From contig JBHGNT010000005.1 in NCBI GenBank assembly GCA_043228905.1, positions 14,198,001 to 14,262,000 on the forward strand: a DNA stretch of 64,000 nucleotides, in the 5' to 3' direction. Below are positions 61,126 through 64,000 of this stretch, one piece after another. Positions within the stretch are counted from its first letter, which is position 1. Each line of letters opens with the position of its first letter. Position numbers and translations under genes: made by a program. This DNA comes from Azolla caroliniana (Eukaryota > Plantae > Polypodiophyta). The notes under the pieces were generated by a model. That model was given only the letters and a program-made list of their open reading frames with translations, had not been told where the DNA came from and did not search any database.

Positions 61126-61714
61126 TTATCGCGAAAATACAACAACGATACATGAACTTGAGTCAGGACCACGAGGCCTCCAACTAGAGGATACTAGATT
61201 CGTGCGTTTATGTTTTATGAATTAACCAAAATGAAAAAGTTTGGTAATTTTCATTAGTAAAGAAAAGAAAAATTACAATCTATCCCAAGATCGGGATTAC
61301 ATAAGTTTTAGGCTTAGGGAGATTAACATATTAACAGATTAGGGTTTTGTGGATTTTTGGGCCTTTCAAAAATTCGGGTTAGGGTTTATGAGATATGGGT
61401 TCAATAAGAAAATTTAGGGTTCTCGAGTGATAGATTTTTCGTTCCTAAGGATTCCGGGTCTTCCCACCCGAAGATCTCTGCACTTACATGAAGGAACTCC
61501 AGTTTGCAACTCCAGCTCAGTTACATGCATCCCACATGGTCGTTACTTCAGTTGCATGGCCTCCACGTTCAGATGATATTTACTTTAGTTGCATGGCCTC
61601 CACGTTCAGTTGCATGCATCCCACATGTGACTACGAATCAGCCGCATCATCCTACCGTCCGTATAGTTCGGCATGTGTACTATGGATCGCCCCAACCATT
61701 CCGAGCAATTCGAT

Positions 61715-63827
61715 TGTTCTAAACCGTTCCAGCCATTTCAAGCAATTTGGCCTGTGCTCCGAATGCCCAGATATGAACTGATGGGTTCTGGGTCTGCTTA
61801 TATACTATTGGATCCGATGTTTTCCTGTTAATGTGGGATATCTTACAGTTCTGTTCCCCCATCTTCTCCAGCTTCATACACACATAACTTGATACGTAGT
61901 TGTCCGTTTCATACTGTTGAGCGGCAAGCTCAACCAGATCCGGATCGGCTGAATAAGCCTGAGCCGGATCGGCATCCGGAAGGATGAGCCGAATCGGTGA
62001 CCCGGTGAGCAAGTGAGCCGGTGAGCTGGGGAGCCGGTTGGCCGGACCCATCAGTAACCGGAAGCCTAGTAGCAGCTAGACTACTAGGGAGTTAATAGTC
62101 TCGTAGTTAGGGCCAGACGCTCGAGTGAGCATTGAAGTACGTTGTACTTCTGTCAGTCCCATGAGGACTTGTATAAATAGTGTTGTTGAGCACGTTGTAA
62201 ATACAGAGTGTTGATATAATTTTTTAATTTAGATTCTTGTTATGCTCTCTCTGTCTTTCCCGAGTATTCTCTGTATTCTGTGTATTACTCTCTCTCTCTC
62301 TCTCTCTCTCTCTACTGCTATGCAGCCAAGCTGTTGTCTTACGCTTCCGCACATATGCTTCCACATGGTATCAGAGCGCGAGGGTTGAAGACCTCTACAG
62401 CCGACATTTGCTTTCGCAAGACAAACCCTACAGGTTGTGAGAACAGAACAGTAGATAGAGAAAAAAATATGGACAGAGGTATGGCGAGTTCACTTCCAGA
62501 GAAGCTCGACCGGAGCAACTACGATTCCTGGTCATACAAAATGCACCAATACTTACTGGGGCATGGGTATTGGAGTTTCGTGGAAGGAACGAATGAGGTA
62601 GCACCAGAGCCTGGACACAAGGACTTCCTGGTATGGGAGCAAGGAGCGAGCCGAGTATTATACTGCCTCGCATCCTGTGTGCACGACTAGATGCTCGGCT
62701 ACATCAGGGATGCAAAGACGCCGAAGGAGGCCTGGGAAAATCTGCGTAAGATATTCGTTGCAAGTACCACAACCCGTAAGTTGCAACTCCGGCAAGAGCT
62801 GAACAACATCCGACAAAGCGATATGTCGGTTACGGACTACGACACCAAAAATAAAGGAGATTTGCGACGTGCTCGGGTCCATCAACGTGACGGTGGATGA
62901 AGACGAAATGGTACAAATCTGCCTTGGTGGTCTAGCGCAAAGGATCTGTACCCGAGAGAAACCACTGACCTTCTTCGACTTGCAATCGATGCTGATGGTC
63001 GAAGAAAACCATGTGAGTGTGTCCAGGACCACTCAATCCGACAGCCGGATGTTGTACACAGAGGCGGATAGGCCCCCTGGGCGTGGGGGACGAGGTGGGT
63101 AGGCACGCACTGGAGGCGGCTGGCAAGAGCAGGAAAGAGGGCACAGAGAACGTGCTGCAACAGTTCTGGGACTTCCACAAGTAGGGGGAGTCAATGGTCG
63201 AAGAAAACCATGTGAGTGTGTCCAGGACCACTCAATCCGACAGCCGGATGTTGTACACAGAGGCGGATAGGCCCCCTGGGCGTGGGGGACGAGGTGGGTA
63301 GGCACGCACTGGAGGCGGCTGGCAAGAGCAGGAAAGAGGGCACAGAGAACGTGCTGCAACAGTTCTGGGACTTCCACAAGTAGGGGGACTCAAGGCGGCG
63401 CCGGAGGCCGGCAAGAAAAATCCGCCACGGAATGTTGGTACTGTGGTAAAAAGGGCCACAGAGAAAGCTAAGCGCGCCGATTCGGACAGATCTGGATCCG
63501 GCAAAACCGGTCAGGAGAACCGGCAAAGCTCGCACTACACACAAGGATCGAAAGGATCCAGAACTGGGAAGACCGGTAAGGGGCCAGCCTTGGTGATGAA
63601 GCACGAGGCAAATTCGATGAAGAAGACTACTTCCAAATCGGAGGAAGTATGGTATGTTGATTTCGGTGCATCGAACCACATGACGAGCCACAAAGAGTGT
63701 TCTCTTATTTGGAGAAACCAGATAAACCGGGAGTTGTCGAAACAAGAAACGACACTCCTCACCCAATCGTGCATATCGGTGAAGTCCCTTTGAGCCACGT
63801 CGAACAGAGGGGGAAGCTGATGAACGT
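61715..63827 (+). mobile_element. Copia 5' LTR, Met-i PBS and decayed gag
   Basis: LTR ends TTCCACA at 62365 (start uncertain). PBS TGGTATCAGAGC at 62366. gag EKLDRSNYDSWSYKMHQYLLGHGYW and WYVDFGASNHMT. Confidence 0.88.
62995..63392 (+). repeat. 199-bp tandem duplication in Copia gag
   Basis: ATGGTCGAAGAAAACC at 62995 and 63194; copies identical by eye up to the junction. Confidence 0.93.
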
Positions 63828-64000
63828 TGTCGTGCCTTTCGGCTCCCCACAGAGGTCTTGGACTAGGAGAAAGAAGTTCGTGAGATAGAGATTAATTATG
63901 AGTAAATAGCAAAGAGAAAGATAAGAAACTCGTGAATCACACGAGTATACTATATTAATTGGTACTTAGGGTGTTAAGAGACAAGTAGATGTATAAATCG
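63828..64000 (-). mobile_element. Start of an LTR related to 46466-47345 (runs off the window)
   Basis: TGTCGTGCCTTTCGGCTCC is the reverse complement of the LTR end GGAGCCGAAAGGCACGACA at 47345. Confidence 0.8.

Overview
Eukaryotic, gene-free heterochromatin-type DNA. It is most likely from a non-seed land plant such as a bryophyte, which is an inference from the element lineages. The window is almost entirely nested LTR retrotransposons and I see no host gene. Five groups are recognisable. (1) Three Tcn1/sushi-like chromoviruses; one (25854-31616) is very young, with an ATACC TSD, near-identical LTRs and an open 1185-aa pol. (2) A non-chromovirus Gypsy lineage with a tRNA-Arg PBS and a ~910-codon extra 3' ORF. 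(3) A tRNA-Trp-primed Gypsy lineage, including a gag-only derivative. (4) Several Copia elements and solo LTRs. (5) A palindrome-rich DNA-transposon-like fragment. The most unusual signals: (a) two independent copies of the Arg lineage have no polypurine tract before the 3' LTR and instead carry a sense-strand copy of the tRNA-Arg 3' end (an inverted PBS), suggesting tRNA-primed or tRNA-mimic-primed plus-strand synthesis; (b) tRNA-derived Pol III A-box/B-box modules with tRNA spacing recur, mostly antisense in U3, in LTRs of unrelated Gypsy families; (c) the chromoviruses show co-varying self-priming signals and a G_UUA_AAC -1 frameshift signal. Boundaries of decayed elements are approximate and were read by eye.
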